Shown piece after piece: positions 61,987 to 64,000 of a stretch of DNA of 64,000 bases. Origin of the DNA: Malacoraja senta. Taxonomy: Eukaryota. The notes under the pieces are model-generated. The model worked only from the letters and a program-made list of their open reading frames with translations. It was not told the DNA's origin and ran no database searches. Positions within the stretch are counted from its first letter, which is position 1; the number at the start of each line of letters is the position of its first letter. The translations under genes and the position numbers were made by a program. Location: positions 3,226,001-3,290,000 of the forward strand of contig CM075999.1 of assembly GCA_038087875.1 (NCBI GenBank), in the 5' to 3' direction.

Positions 61987-63827
61987 TAGATAGATAGATA
62001 CAGCATGGAAGCAGACCCTTCATCCCAACTTTCTCTCACCGACCAGCATGTCCCATCTACACTAGTCCCACCTGCCTGCGTTTGGCCGATATTCCTCTGA
62101 ACCCGTCCTATCCATGTACCTGTCAAATAAAGAATCGTGAGTTTTTGTTATTTTTGTACGTCTAAAAGTGACCCCGCTCAAAGGCTGGATGGTAAGGATA
62201 GGTCATAAAACATAGGCGCAGAGTAAGGTAATTCGGCCCATCGAGTCTGCTCTGCCATTCAATCATGGCTGATCTATTTTTCCCCCTCAACATCATTCTC
62301 CTGCCTTCTCTTGGAAGCAGTGAGTTAATGGAGTGAATGGGTTACCAGGCAAGTCGACAGAACCAGAATCCATGTTAACCAACATGCCCCATCTACATCA
62401 GTCCCATTTGACTGCCTTTGGCCCACATCCCTCTAAACCGTTCCTATCCATGTACCTGTCTAAATATCTTTTAAATGTTATTGTACCTGCCTCAACTATG
62501 TCCCGTGGCAGCCCGTGCCATATACCCACCATTCTGTGTGTAGAATTAGTTATCCTTCAGGTTCCTATTAAATCTTTACCCTCTCACCTTAAAAATGTCC
62601 CCTCGTTCTTGAGTTCTGTACCATGAGGTAAAGAAGACTGTGCGTTCACCCGATCTATCTCCCTCATGGTTTTGTACACCTCTATAAGATCGCCCCTCAT
62701 CTTGCTGCGCTCCAAGGAATAAAGTCCTAGACTGCTCAACCTCTCCCTACAGCTCAGGCCCTCGAGTCCTGGCAACATCCTCGTAAAACTTCTCTGCGCC
62801 CTAATTACATAGAAATTGCATCAGTGGGAGGAAGTGGACTGGCCAAACCAGCTCGCTGTTAATTGTCTGCTGTCGTGAAGTGACTGTGTCTCACGTCTGT
62901 TCCACCTGTTCCTGTGTTTTATTTCCTATAAATGACTGCAAATTCTGGGAATAATTGCAACAGGCACCTTCTATGGCAAGAAACAGATGCAGCCTGACCA
63001 CAGGGTAATTCCAGCATTTATTCTCCCTCTTCCATGATTACCAGCCAGTGTAGGATTTTGCCTAGGACAGACACAAAATGCTGGAGTAACTCAGCAGGGC
63101 AGGCAGCATCTCTGGAGAAAAGGAATGAGTGACCCTTCCTCAGACCGAGAGTCGGGGGAGCAGGGAATGGGAGATATAGACGGTACATAGGACAAATGAA
63201 TGGAAGATATGCAGAGAGCAACGATATTCAAGGAAATGTGGAGCCCACAATGGTCTATTGTTGGCTGTGGGATTGGTGATAACAGGTTAATACAGACATT
63301 GGAACTTTACTATCTGCATATCTTCTATTCATTTGTCCTAAGTACCTCCAACGTTAGTACCTCCACCAATGTAAAGCACGTTGGCCAACGAGAGTTATTT
63401 TTAAAATGTGCTATATAAATAAAAGTGACTTGACTTGACTAAGTACCGTATATATATCTCTTGTTCCCCTTTCCCCTGACTCTCAGTCTGAAGAAGGGTC
63501 TCGACCCAAAACGTCAACTATTCCTTTTCTCCAGAGATTCTGCCTGACCCGCTGAGTTACTCCAGCATTTGGTGTCTATCTTTGGTGTAAACCAGCATCT
63601 GCAGTTCCTTCCTATACATCTTGTAGGCTTTTGCTTGTTTGATTCCCTTTGCCATAGACACTTATCTAATCTCTTTAAAAATGCTGACGCGGTCTCTCTC
63701 CTTGATCGCTAACTTTAGCCATGCACTCCACAACCCCCGCCTTATCTCCAGTAGTTTGCTGAGTGATGTCAGGGGGTTATTAAGAGTCAACGTCTGATTG
63801 CCTTAGAGCTTCAGAGCCGGTCGTGAT

Positions 63828-64000
63828 ACATTGATTTCTCTAACTTCAAGTAACTCCTGCATTCCCTCCCCTTCTCCTCCCCCACCTTAGTCGTCTTACC
63901 AGTTCCATCAGTTGTATCCCTCTTCCTTCCCCAGCCAACAATGGACCATTGTGGGCCCCACCCTTCCTGAGGTCATCTGTTGCCACCCTCATTTGCTCTG
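63828..64000 (+). mobile_element. Penelope-like element ORF C-terminus and pseudo-LTR fragment
   Basis: attgatttctctaacttcaagtaa = IDFSNFK*, similar to recalled GIY-YIG ORF ends; a related LEFSNFR* lies on the minus strand at ~6447-6470; the downstream sequence matches the reverse complement of ~63240-63290. Confidence 0.55.

Noticed and set aside
54031..64000. Sestrin common exon 2 (GPSxFIP motif)
   Set aside because: Not found in the unique stretches; presumably beyond the window end.

Overview
Repeat-dominated vertebrate genomic DNA, most likely from a cartilaginous fish (skate/ray-like), judged from HE1-type tRNA-derived SINEs and HER1/CR1-type LINE 3' ends. Most of the window is interspersed repeat: CR1, L2, L1/Tx1 and Rex1/Babar LINE fragments, SINEs, hAT and Harbinger-like MITEs, a non-autonomous Helitron and many Penelope-like termini. 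There is one 200-N gap. The only host gene I can support is the 5' end of a sestrin on the + strand (best guess sesn2, paralogue not certain). It has a CpG promoter at ~28.8-29.1 kb, a long-isoform coding exon at 31391-31710 resembling the SESN1/PA26 long N-terminus but carrying a 1-nt frameshift, and a second CpG promoter with a short alternative first coding exon at 53938-54030. The shared downstream exons are not in the window. The most unusual signal is a family of small head-to-head palindromic Penelope-derived elements. They are built around a minimal hammerhead-ribozyme-like motif (CTGAAGA-stem-GAAACGT[C/T]), flanked by variable-length target-site duplications, and contain 34-, 38- and 66-bp tandem arrays; one cluster lies directly upstream of the second sestrin promoter. 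Family assignments come from recalled motifs, not database searches, and repeat boundaries are approximate.
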